From positions 16,397 to 80,207 of the forward strand of contig CDMY01000421.1 in the NCBI GenBank assembly GCA_001179505.1: a stretch of DNA of 63,811 nucleotides, written 5' to 3'. This DNA comes from Vitrella brassicaformis CCMP3155. Lineage: Eukaryota > Protista > Chromerida. Position numbers and translations under genes: made by a program. Below the pieces are notes generated by a model. It searched no databases and was not told the origin of the DNA. It saw nothing but the letters and a program-made list of their open reading frames with translations. Below, piece by piece: positions 13,038 to 25,500 of the stretch; the first letter of the stretch is position 1, and the number at the start of each line of letters is the position of its first letter.

Positions 13038-13388
13038 TACAGCCGAAACAGGCGGCCGGCCACCAGGAGAAGTCATGCAGCGCGGCCCTTTTCTTTTGTT
13101 GTCAAGAGTGAGCGGCGTTTTCAGCCGCCGCGATTTTCCTCTTTCAGCCGGACTGAGAGAGAGGGCATGACCCAGTAAGGTAGCAGAATTGACAAATCAA
13201 CGAGCGAGTCGCAGAAATGCAACGCACAAAGGTCAAGACGCATCTCACACACCTACAAGCCAAGTCTTCACGCCAGATAAACCACACAGACACACAGATA
13301 TATACTTAGACACCTACTTACACAGACACAGACAGACCACATAAGAAAGAGCTCCTCCGTGCCATTGTCCCCATCTTCGCGAGACGGC

Positions 13389-16300
13389 TCATTTCCCTTC
13401 AGTTCTTCCACCAGAACCACCGCCAAACATCCCCATCAGGTTGGCGAAAATCCCCGTATCCTCCTCCTCACTACTCGACTCGTCGCTTGTGTCCACGATG
13501 GTCACTGGCGGCTGCACCTGGGAGGGAGGAGACGGTATTTTGGCGGGCTGAGGGGGAGAAGCCATCTTGCCCATCTTTGCCGCCTTTGCCGCGGCTAGCT
13601 GCGGGCCTAGGTACTTGCCCCGAGGTGGAGGCAGTCGCATCTTGGGTGCCGCAGGCTTGGCTGGTGATGGCTCTGGAGATAGCTGCGATGCCTGTGGTAG
13701 CGTGGCTGGGCGCGTTTGTGGACTCTTGTGATTCTCGAGGAGACCACAGGGTTCCTCTGGTTCAGCAAGTTGTGTCTCCTCCTCTGTCTCTATTTGATGG
13801 ACGACGGCCTCGTATCTTCGTGTCGATGGCTGCAACGGCTGTGTCTCCATTTGTTCCATGGGCAGTTGTCGGTCGCCTTGCTCTCTTTCCTCCTCAGGCG
13901 CAACGACAGTGGGTAGGTGAGACACGACAGCCGTCTTGAGATCGGGCAGCCTCTCCACCTGCATTAGTCCAGGCAAGCCCCCGATTAGCTCTTCCGCCAC
14001 CTCACCCGCAGAGACGGTCGCATGCTGCTTCGCCGACGGCCGCACCATCACACATGCACGCTGATCCGTCCGTGCAGCAGGCTGGGCGAATGTCAGAGGG
14101 GTGGAGTAGGGAATGGGGAACCGGAAGGGCGGCTGATGTCGGGTCGTCGGTGGCAGATATGTGGATGGCATGGGAGCGGGGTAGTACGTGGGGGACTGAA
14201 GGGTCGTCCTCACCGTTATGCCGTCTTCGAAGTGCTCGTGCTCTGAGGGAGAAGGCGATGACAGCAGTGGCGGGGGTGGTGTCTCCGCAGCAGTCGTCTG
14301 CTGCTGGTGGTGTCTCTGTCTCGGCTGCAGGGGCGGCTTATGGGTGCCACGGTACGGTGGTGCAGGTAAGGTGATGTTGTAGGACACGATCTGAGGCGCC
14401 TGTGCCGCAAGAGCAGAAGCCATCTCCTTCGCCACGTCATGCGGGGCTGTTGGAGCTGCTGATGAGGGAAGAATGACTTGAGTCACTTGAGGGGCTGTTG
14501 GCCGCAGCTTCTCCTCTCCCGCACTGTCTTCATGCCTCCTGCGCGGCGGTGACTTTCTCCTGTCGTCTTTGGGTGCAGTGGGGGGATTTCCAAAGGCAGG
14601 ATATGGGAAGGGCACGTGTATAGGGTATGGGGGTGGCGGAGGGGGCGAGGGTGCTGGAGGGGTCTGTGGCAGAATCACTTGTGTGATCGGTGGGGGCGAG
14701 GGAGGGGGAGGAGCAGCAACAGGTGTCTCTTGCCCTCGGATCGGCCGCTCGTCTGCTGCCCCCCGTGTCCTCAGCAAATCACGGATCTCCCGCATTTTGT
14801 CGTGCAGCCGCTCGGCTCTCCATCGGGCTTCGTCATCCTGTCGCCGTCTCCTTTCCTCTTCCTCTCTCTTTTCCTGCCGCCTCTGCTGCTCCATTAGTTC
14901 TCGATGCTGGCCTTGGATGGTATCCCGAAGCTGTGAGAGCTCCAGCTGCATTTGATGGTACTTCTCGTCTTCTGAGCGGGACAGCTGTTGCAGCCTGTAG
15001 CTTGGGTCCGTGTGCTTCTGTTTTTCCTCAAGCTGGGCAGCTTCGAGCCTGTCCAGCCTGCTGAGTATATGTCTCTCCATCTCATGAAGCTCGGCGCTGG
15101 TTTGCGTCGACAGCAGCGTCTGCTTCAAGTTGGTCATCTCCGAGGCCAGCTGCTGGGTCAAGATAGTAGGCAGAATGTCTGGTCTTTCCCTTTGGGCTTC
15201 TTTCCTCTCTCTCTCGTCTTCTGGTCTTAATTTTGGCCGCCGCGAAGTCACGCGTATGTGTCCGGTGGTGGTGGGTGTCTCATCTCCAGCATTGACGTTT
15301 GGCAGGAGCTCGAAGGACGGCAAGGCGGAAATACTGGTCTTGCTGTGAGGGATGATAGGCCGCGGTCGAGCCGGTCGAGGTGGAGGTGGGGGTGGCGGTC
15401 TGTGTCTTGTTCGAGTGCATCGCTGGATCTTGACTGCAGCCTCGACTTGCTCTGCCAAAGCATCCAAGTCTTGGTAATCGGGACACAGAGCGGCTCTGAA
15501 ACCAGACGGAAGAGACATGTCATAGATGGCCGAGTGCAATCGTTGCGCTCTCACCTTGGGAGCTTTTTTGGCTGTCCAGGCATCACGCTTCTCCTCACCA
15601 GTCTTCGCAACACGTCATACTCTGCCAGCAGCTCCTCTTTACCCGCATCAGCCCCACTCCATCTCACCAGATACTTGTCGATCCCTCTTCTCTGGTCCCT
15701 CACCACCTCCACTACCCTCCCATAAACCCATCTCCGGCCGCGCGTCCGTCTCAGTAAAGCACCGAGAAGCGGGTTATACCTCTCTTCTGCCGTGCCCGGA
15801 GCATCATCTGGTGCAAATACGGCCCCTCGGCTGTCATTAAAAGTGGACGGGCGGGCGAAAGGGGCAATGGTGGGGCGAGACACTGTTGTTGCGGACGGAC
15901 GTGATGAAGGGACAGGGGATGGGACGTTTCGAAAGACCACGCGTTGAGCGTCCCTTCCTCTCGTGTCAAGGTTGGCGGGCGGCAGAGGGGGGTACGCCGG
16001 CCCCGTTTGCATTTTCTCGTCTCGCTCAGCAGCAGAGTGACCGGGCGAGAGCTCGGCCAGCGTCAAGCCTTGCAGGGGAGGCAGCTCCTCACCGAAGCCA
16101 GCCTCCAACGGACGCAATGGCGGTGGAGTGGGCACGTCGGTCAGCACAGGCTGGGGGGAGGGCGTAGATACCGAGAGGGCCGGGGGTGGTGAGGCTGGTT
16201 GGGACTTGACCGCTCTGACGTGCCGTTGAATCGTGGTGGCCGCTTCGATTCGTTCTGCAAGAGCGTTGAGGGCCGCATAGGAGGGATGAAAGTGACCCCT

Positions 16301-19300
16301 GGGAGACACACATTCACAGAAATGCATCGGAGAAGGCCTGCATGCCCCTAACACTAACCTCCGCACGGCCTCACATCTTGCCACAACGGTCTGCAAGACC
16401 TCAAAGTCATCCCACCATCCGTCCATCCCGCCGGACGTCACCACACAATATTCTTCCGCCTCTCCATCACCTGCTCGTCGCACATCCAACACCCTACCGT
16501 ACTCTCCTCGGCCATCGCTGTGGGAAATCCTAATAAATGGCATTGAACAAGGGGTGGACGCCTTGCAGATGTGTGTGGTCAGGAGAGGCTCGTGTCTCAG
16601 TGGGAGCGCCATGAGGTTTTGCCGTCCTCATTCTTGCTGTCGTTTCAATCTCTAGTTGCCGGGGTTTCTTCCATGCAGCCTTCTTGACCCGCTCTTTATA
16701 TGATGGCTTCCCTCTTGGGCTGCCCACGCGAATCCTTCTAGGCATGACCCAAGACATCCTCCTCAGTGGCTGGCGAGTGACAGGGACTTCCCATAAGACT
16801 GCCGCCTCTTCCTCAGGCTCTTCGGCGGGCAAATGCTCCGTTATAATATCCCTTCTCATATCCTCCGTCACCAAAGCGTTTCTTGGTCTCCTCAATATCT
16901 CTTCTGTTCCCTTTCCTCGAGCCTCAGTCTGCGCCACTCGATCTTGCGTTTCCCGTGATGTCTCATCTCGCATAGCCCGCGTTGCCTCTGCATCAGTCAG
17001 TCGCGTCCGCAGCAGTTCATCTCTGGCCCTCCGCATTTCTCGCTCCCTCTCCCTCTCTTGTCTTTCCCCTTCTGTCAAGCTCAGCCTCTCCTTGGGCACC
17101 ATCAGCCTCTCGCTCATCAGCCGATCGCGTCTCGCACTGACCTTCGCGCGCTCTTCCATCGTCAGCAAGTCTAGATAAGGCGGAGTCCACGTGAGACCCC
17201 ACGTCTGCACCGGGATGCTCCATCGTTTCGGCATAGTTGGCGTCTTCCAGCCTGTCTGGACGGAGCGGTCGAATATCTTTTTTGATGGCATTGGGCGTTC
17301 GAAGAGGGCCTTTGCCTGCTCAGATAGAAATGGCACTTGCAAATTGTCGATGAGGGAAGACCTGCGGCGAGACTTGCGCTTTCTCTCGGCAGCTGGCTTC
17401 GTCTTCACAGAGAGAGGAACAAGAGCCGTTGCCCGTCTCCCTTTCGGAGTCACCAAGTATGTCGACCGAATGCGCTGGCGCCTGTCGAGAAGTGCCTTCT
17501 CGCTTAATGCTCGCTTCCTTGCAGGTGGAGGTGGCGGGCCTGCTGGCCATTTTTTCGGGGGTGGGGGAGGAATGCCTCTTCGTGCACCTGCCTTTGGGGG
17601 CGGTAGTCGTGGCCACTTTGCGTCAGAAAAACTTGAGACGTCTGCTTCTCCTCCTTCTTTCTTCGTTTCTGCCATTGCTTCAGTAAAAGGGTTCTCTTCC
17701 TCACTTTCACTCGAAAACACGGGTGGCGGGGCGGCTGGAGGTGGCAATGGGACTGCTGATGTCTTCGCTTCAGCTTTGGGCTCATTGAGAGGAGACGCCG
17801 TTGCCTTTGCGGCAGTTGCTCTGCCCTCAGTGCTCCATTCGCTCGATGTCACCGAGAAAGATCCCTTGCGATTCCACCGTGAGACCGCTGGAGAGGCCGA
17901 TGGTAGTGGAGGAGTTGCAGCCGTTTTTTCTTTCGTTGGGCTTTCTGGCGCAGCTTTTTTCTTCTCCTATTCTTTTGGTGTTTCGAAAAGCGGCTTCATC
18001 AAGGCATTCATTGCTCCAAGCATGCCTGCATCCTTTTCACTCGAAGATGACGATTCAATAGAGATGGCTGTCGCCTTAGGAGCTTTGAGGGGAGGGGAGG
18101 GAGGCAGAGGCGCCCTTTTCTTCGGTAGCAGTGTCGGTGGTTCCTTCAGTGGCTCCGTTGGGGCAGCAGGAGCAAATAGATTCATCATGTTGGCCACTGC
18201 CGGTAGGCCGCCTAGTCTATCTTCCTCGTCAGTCTCTTCTTCACTCGATGAGGCAAGGGGCGGAGCCGCGGGAGGTAGTTGTTTCGGCTGCGGCGGCGCA
18301 ATCTTCGCTTGTCGTGCCTCGGCGATTGATTCCTCGTCTGAAGCAAAAATGCCCCTTTCAGCAGGAGGCTGCTTTGCCTTCGTAGCTGGTGCCACTGCCG
18401 CTTTCGCAGGCGTCTTCACGGGAGCTTCCAGCATAGCTTGTTCCTGCTGAGTTTGCAGTCCCAATGGCGCCATCATCATATTCATCTCCTGAATCACGCC
18501 ACCAAGAATGCCCCCATCCTCATCTTCTCGGGACGACGCCGCTGAAGCGATAGCCGATGGCTTGCGTGCCGGTGGTGATGGCTTCCGGGGTGGGGGCGGG
18601 GGCGGCGGTGATTTCCTTGCCTTTATCGGCGCTTTCATCTCGGCTGCCTTAGGTGCGTCGGGCGATTTTGGCGGCAAGCCTCCTGACAGACACACAGGCA
18701 CAAGCCGCTATACACTGCGCAGAGAGAATTCGGATCTCATGGTCGTACTTGTAAGACCAGGCGGTCCACCTTCCTCTTCGGTTGAGGTCTCGCTCTCGCT
18801 TGTGCCGAAAGTAGGGACACTCCTCATTGGAGGCGGGGGAGGACGTGGTGGTGGCATGTTGTGTGTGGGGGATTCCATAATTGTTGGCTCATAGTGTGGT
18901 TGGCTCTGTGTGTCTGGTCGGTGGGGCATGTCCATGGTCGCCGGCCGAGTGGGGGAAACACCAGCAGAGACACGCAGCACAGTGCGAGTCTTGCTGTCCA
19001 CATACGTCCTCAGAATCACCATTGCCCTCAATCGCATCATGTCTTCATCTCCCTTCTCGTCGCAGCATTTGCCTTCAGCTTCACAAGCCCTGCGAAAATC
19101 CGCATCGTCCAACAGTTCCCCCAGCCGATCTTCCACTGAGATAGATCGCCCTGTTCTCCATTCGGGAAAGAGCACCGAGAAGTCGCGTAGAGCGACCTGG
19201 TCATCAGCTTCAAGAAGGTATGGCAGCTTCCCATAAAGGTGATGCAATGTCGATACGAGAGCCTTGTATAGAGGTGCGTGGATCCTGTAAGGTGTTTCTC

Positions 19301-19661
19301 GCCCGCTCGATGAGGAAGAATAAACAAGGGAGTCCTGGGAGTTCTCTCCTCCATCTTCCTTTTCCGTCGCTGGCGAGACCGGGATGTCGCTCGACGATGA
19401 TGAAACCGTCAATGGCATGCCATCGTCGAGACAGTCACCTATCTCCTCACTGCCAAAGCCATAAATCGCCACAGTGTCTCTCCTCCCTCGTATCGCCCGC
19501 GCTTTCACTTCGATAAAGCCCTCGATTTTTCTCTCTTCTGCAGTATCACCCGCAACCATTTGCACTGGCCTGAAGGTTGGCGAGGGATCGGCAATATCAG
19601 GCGGCTCCTGTGCTGCTGATTGAGGAAGCAGCGCCCTCAGTGATGCCGCGAGAGACGCCAT
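13389..19661 (-). pseudogene. Very large Pro-rich protein with two beta-barrel-like + IQ modules and a coiled coil; carries an in-frame TAG and a frameshift
   Basis: Five consecutive long minus-strand ORFs. Junctions near 18700 and 15550 are bridged by in-phase GT-AG introns. 17967-17969 is an in-frame TAG and about 16535 is a +1 shift. IQ-like motifs are AATTIQRHVR and AAVKIQRCTR. It could instead be an intact gene with assembly errors. Confidence 0.55.
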
Positions 19662-20480
19662 CGACGGCCGATGAGAAGGCTTCTCACGCCAGCAAGTGAG
19701 AGCAACACGACATGGAGGTGATAAACAGACGAGGAAACGCCATCATGCAGACCCTGCAGACCTTCTGGTGATGCACCAGACTGTCTTGGGGCATCCAGGG
19801 GGCGGCGGCAGTCGCCACCCTTCCGTGACTTTCTCTCTCACTTCTTCATCCGAGGAGTACTCAGAGAAAGGGAGGCGGCCTTCCGCCCATATCTCCCACG
19901 CAGTCACACTGCACACACAGCCATACAGCCTGGTAAGACGCAACACAGACGCAGCGCTTCTATCTATCTGTCCTTCTACCCAAATGCCCACACGACGGCT
20001 GCCTCTGTGTCCTGTTCCCCTCGCAGACACTCAGGTGAGCTCCACCTCACGGGACGGGGCTTTGACTCATCCTCTAATCCACACACCTGAACCAGAAACA
20101 GGCATCCACGTTTCTGTGTTGCGTTCTGCCAGCCCCCATTTCTCACCCCGCATAGTACCTTGACGGCGACGTTGTTCTCTTCTGCATCATCAGAGCTGTT
20201 GAATCGCCACACCTCCACCACCGCGGCCCTCAGCCCCCTTAGGATCCTCACGGCCTCGCACGTGCTCTCCATCAGCTCTTCCAGATGCCCTGCCAGCCTG
20301 CATGTCAACCTCAGCTTGACCTCTGCACTGACACAGCCACGATGCAGTTCCAGAAGATGACGAAGGGCTCCCATCGCTGTCCTTCGGGAGCAGAGAAGAG
20401 CAGAGAAGCCGAAAGACGTTAGAATGTGAAAGTGGATATCGCCCGTTCTTGTGTATGTAGCCAGGGGAAGTGTTCGTCAC
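19650..20480 (-). pseudogene. Degenerate tyrosine-kinase-like (TKL) pseudokinase domain, apparently N-terminal to the Pro-rich ORF
   Basis: Subdomain-like motifs are LSHSNVFRLL, GALRHLL, ENNVAVKVL, RPVRWSSPECL, VVWAFG, TAWEIWAEGRLPF, WRLPPPPGCP and CWREKPSHRPSMASL. There is no HRD or DFG. The last motif is in frame with the 18708-19661 ORF. Confidence 0.7.
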
Positions 20481-20735
20481 CTGTGCCCTCTGTTGTCATC
20501 TGTGTGTCGGCCGGTGCCAGTGCCTTTCCTTTTGTGGTGGACCATAGGGATGGGTGGGTAGACAGGCCTGCATCACACAGACTCGTTCTTGCGTACCCCT
20601 TCGGCGGGCCGGGGGGCAAGGTCCCCGTGAGGTTAAAGAACGAACGAACGGACACGGATCGCGTTTGCGAGCTATGAAGTGATCCTCACACTTCCTTTTC
20701 GCGCCGCGCATCGTTTTCTGTTGCTTTCAACAGCC

Positions 20736-21179
20736 ATGAAGGTCTTCAAGGACGTCTTTACTGGTACGCACTCCACCTGCTGCAGATCTGCCTGATTTCC
20801 CTCTCTCTGATCTGCTACTGCTGCAATGTGACGTGTCTGTCAGGTGACGAGCTGATGTCCGACTCGTACAAGCACCAGGCACCGTTCGGCGACGAATCCC
20901 TCGCAGACGTTGCCTTTGAGGTGGAGGCCAAGGTGAGGCGATTGAGAAGAGGGAACCACACGTGTCCGTGTGCCCTCCCTGTGCAAGTGTGTGCTCGTGT
21001 CTGTTTGTGTTTGTGTTTGTGTGTCGGTTTATCTTATTGCAGCGAGTGAGCAAGGGCGGTGAGGATTTCGGCGTGGCGGCCAACGTGGATGAGGACGCGG
21101 GGGAGGGGGCGACGGCAGACGGCGGCGAGGCCGCAGAGATGGTCATCGATATCGTCGATGGATTCAAAGTCAGGGCGGC

Positions 21180-21214
<35 letters not shown>

Positions 21215-21707
21215 GAGGGAGGGAGGGAGGGAGGGAGGGGGGCGGCGGAGCAGAGAACACGCAATGCATGTTGGTTGCTATGGGTTGGTGTGGTGTGACT
21301 GATGTCATGTAGTTGTGCGAGACTGGGTTCTCCAAGAAGGATTTCGGGGTGTACATCAAGGCGTACATGCAGCGCGTCAAGAAGTACCTCGAGGAGAACA
21401 ACCCCGACAGAGTCGAGAAGTTCATGGCCGGCGCACAGGCACTCGTCAAGAAATTCCTCGGCATGTTCGATGACCTCCAGTTGTAGGCACACACACACAC
21501 ACACACACACACGCCTCCCCACCCCCCTGTGTGTGGACCTGTGTGTGGATCTGTGTGTCGATTTGTGTGTCCGTGTGTGGATGTTGCAGCTTTATGGGCG
21601 AGAGCATGGACAGCGAGGCGGGCATGGTGTACGCCTATTACGGAGACGGCAAGGAGGCGCCCACCTGCGTCTACTTCATCGACGGCCTCAAGGAAGAGAA
21701 ATACTAA
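20736..21707 (+). CDS. TCTP: Translationally controlled tumour protein
   Basis: MKVFKDVFT|GDELMSDSY...FEVEAK, VIDIVDGFK|LCETGFSKKDF..YIKAYM, QF|FMGESMD..., YFIDGLKEEKY* over 5 exons. Confidence 0.96.
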
Positions 21708-22519
21708 CCCACGCATGCCCGCCCACCCCCCCATCTCCGCCTGTCTGCCTGTCGATGCATCCCATTGCCCCATGCGTGTGCCTTCCATCTTTGTGAACGT
21801 GTCCGTGCGTGTGCGTGCATGTGTTTCTGGTCGGTGAGCCAGAAGCGTGAATCCGTGGCGATTTTGGTGCATTGAGCCGATCGGTGGATGGTTGGATGGA
21901 TGGATGGCATGAGTGGGGGTGTGGGTGCATGCGGCATAAATTGCACGCACCCCCTCCACCTTTGCGTGAGTGAGTCAGGGTGGGAAACACAGTAGGGCGT
22001 CCGTGTGTTGTGTTCTTTTCGGGACTTTCAAGCCATGTGCATGCATGTTATCAATTCGTCGTGAGTGACCTGACTGACTGATGTGCCTGGGTGTGTTTGC
22101 TGTGAGGCGGTCTGCGTTCGCTCGTTCCCAATCGGCACGACAAGGCAGCCGACGCATGTCGACCATGTGTTGGCCATCTTGTTGTGGAATGAGGGAACGT
22201 TCGTATGCACGGCCCTTCACAGCAGACACACAGCTCTAGACTGACCGATGAGTGAGATAATGATGGACCCATGCGTGTTGACGGTGGACGGACAGATGTC
22301 TTGACGAGAATGGGTACACGACTGACGTCCGATTTCGTCTCAGCGAGCTGTCAAATCTGGACACCCGCTAAGCTGCTAACTGTACACACACGCCACCCAG
22401 CGCCACGCCACACCCACAACGACGTACCACCTCACGAACAAATCCTCTAGCTCCTCTCTCTTCGTTGACAGACCAGCCACAACACCACCACGACAAACCA
22501 CTCACGGCTGCCAGTATGG

Positions 22520-25500
22520 CTACAGGGGGTTGTTGTATAGCATCTGGCCCTTGTCCGTCTTGATGCGGGTGACCTTCCAGTGCTTCCGGGTGGCCTCCTT
22601 GCTGCGCTTCCAGAAGGACGCCAGCTGCTTGCCCGTCACACCCTCACGCAACTGCATGGACACAGCCATCAACCACACCACATCCATCCATCCATCCATT
22701 CGTCTGTCTGGTCTGTATCTTCTTCGCTCACCTGTTTGCCGTTGTAGTAGTCGTACTTGAGTCCTTTTGAGTCGATGACAGGCGCCTCCCCAATCTCCAA
22801 GAGCAGCTCCCCATACCCACTGTAGTCCATACCACCATAGACCATGCTGCTTGCACCACCCGCAGCAGCAGCAGCAGTAGACGGTGCCTCGGTCTCAGCT
22901 CTTGTTTTTCTCTTCCCACGCAGCTTTGGGGCTGCAGTGGGCTCAGCAGCTGCTGCTGTTGCTGTTGCCGCTGCTGCTGCTGCTGTGGGCTGTTCCTCCC
23001 TCTTTCTCCGACCTCTCTTGGGCTTGGGAGTCTCCTCCACAGCATCAGCTTCAGCAGCATCAGCAGGGTCAGTGGAGGAAACTAGCAAGGCCCGCCCGAC
23101 TTTTCTCGGCTTGACTGGCTGTGGTTCTGGTGCTGCTGGGGGTGGTGGGGTGGGCTCGGCGGCTGCTTCCTCAGCTGCTGCTGGTGGTTGTGCTTGTGCT
23201 TGTGTGGGCTCTGTGGGCGGCATGGGTGCAGGTGGCTGTGTGAGGCAGTCTGCCCGCCACTGCTGCCATGTCTGCTGTGGGATGGTGAGGGTGCCCTTGG
23301 TGCGGTCGTCCACGGTAGGGCTGAGGGGGTGGGGGAAGTCGAGCTGCAGCACCGACTCGGCTGTGGGCAGGTACTTGCTGCCGGCATCGATGCGCAGATC
23401 AGGGAGCTTCCCAACCTTCACACACATCCATCCATCCATCCATACACACACAGAGAGGGCTGAATGAGAGCGTTTGTGTGGGTGTGTGCTGTGTGTTGCT
23501 GGTGTGTGGGTGTGATACCTGGTCCTCTGGCACCCTCAGCAAGAACTGCAGCACCGATCTCAATGTTGCGCGAGCCCAGTGCTTTGACGGTAAGCTCGAC
23601 AGCTGCCCCCCCCCACACACACATCCACACGCACACCAGACACGCACTTTGCCATGCTCCCTCTCTCCTTCTCTGTGTGGGTGGCGTGTTCTTGTCAAGT
23701 CACCTCGACCAGCCCATTGCTGATAGGCGAGACCGCCTTCGCGCGCACCAGCCCGGCGTAGATGGTGTCGAGACACGGGAGCAACCGGGCCTCCTTTGCC
23801 GCCAGCATCCCATACCCCAGCAGCAGCATCTCCGCGTCCTTAGGCGACACTGCACGGCAAGCACTCAAAAACCCTTCGTCCATCCATCCATCCATCCGCC
23901 ACACACGTTTGCACCTCACCGTTGCCGTCTGTGGTCATGATGCCGAAGGCGTCATCGGCGATGGCCTCCATGGTCCGCATGTGGTACTCCTGCAGGTCGA
24001 GCATCTCCTGCTCTACCGCCGACCCAACCGTCCAAGCCACATAGCTCAGCTCACGGAGGGAGAAGAAGTCAACCCACCGAGGCTGTGCCGTGCCGGCCAC
24101 AGGGGCGACGGGTGTTTGGCGGCCCGCGAACTGTCCGTCTTTGTCGAGGGGCTGGAGCAGGGCGCCGGCAGCGAGGTCGAGGAGGTCTTTGGAGAAGGCG
24201 CCCACACGCGTGAGGGCGTGGAGGATGTTGGCGAAGTCGTCCTGGATGGGGAAAGGGGTCATGGGTGTGTGTGTGTGTGTGTGTGAGAGGGGGGGATGGG
24301 TGCTTACGGGGTGGATGAGTTGAGCGTTCTTGAGTCGCTTGACCACCTGTTCTGTGAGGGCCTCGAGCAGCTCCACAGACAGGACACTCTCTGATCCCTC
24401 CGTGCCCTCCGGCTGCAATCACCAACACGCACACACACACAGACAGATGGGGCGACCCATTCAGGCACCTATGTGTGTATGGTGCGGGCTGACCACGAGC
24501 AGATCAAGGGTCGCATACGCCTGCAGCAAGTGCGCGATGCCCTGACCGCACCACCACACACACGCCGCATCCAAATTGTCTGATGTACCACCTCCCTCAT
24601 CCCCCACCCGGTCGCTGATTTCATCCGGGAAGCTCTTGACCCTGGTCGAGATGGCGTCGAGCAGCGGCCGCGACGCCACGCCCGCCCGGCCAAAGGCGTA
24701 GGCGATCTTCGCAAGCTCCTCGTGAGACGCCGCGCGAAACTTTGATTTCGACTGCAGCAACTCGTCAGCAATCCCTGCACCGCACCCACACACACGTACT
24801 TGTGGGTGCGTGTGTGGTGTGTGGGTGTCTCGGCTGACCGGTGAAGAGCTCCTGGATGATCGGGGCCGGTGTCGTTGCGTCAGCCTCATCCTTGTCCGCG
24901 AGATATGGCTGCAGCATGGCCATGCTCCACGCGAACCTCGCGAGCTCAGTGGGCGGGAAGTCGCCCAGCGTGCGCATCGCCGTCTGGGCGAGCATCATGA
25001 CGAAAGGCTTGTCGACAGACAACTTGCCGGCGCGCCCGTAGCCCTCTGCGATTTGCGTGAGGTCCCGCGGGGTGAGCTTGCCCCTTTCCGCAAAGGATGT
25101 GACGAACGGCTTGGCCTCTTCGTACAGCGCTGGGTGATTCTCTGGCTCGGGAATCTGCACACACAGGCGGAGAGAGAGAGGGGGGNNNNNNNNNNNNNNN
25201 NNNNNNNNNNNNNNNNNNNNNNNNNNNNNNNNNNNNNNNNNNNNNNNNNNNNNNNNNNNNNNNNNNNNNNNNNNNNNNNNNNNNNNNNNNNNNNNNNNNN
25301 NNNNNNNNNNNNNNNNNNNNNNNNNNNNNNNNNNNNNNNNNNNNNNNNNNNNNNNNNNNNNNNNNNNNNNNNNNNNNNNNNNNNNNNNNNNNNNNNNNNN
25401 NNNNNNNNNNNNNNNNNNNNNNNNNNNNNNNNNNNNNNNNNNNNNNNNNNNNNNNNNNNNNNNNNNNNNNNNNNNNNNNNNNNNNGGAACAGCCGCGTGT

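Noticed and set aside
17191-18450. 419-aa plus-strand ORF
   Set aside because: Antisense shadow of the Pro/Ala/Lys-rich minus-strand ORF. It is Gly/Ala/Ser/Phe-rich with no motif.
13389-20480. Myosin-III/NINAC-like interpretation of kinase + IQ
   Set aside because: No myosin motor motifs (GESGAGKT etc.) are present.
21525-21582. Short tandem units (ctgtgtgtgga-like) resembling a spaced array
   Set aside because: Degenerate intronic microsatellite in TCTP. No unique spacers and no cas genes, so not CRISPR.
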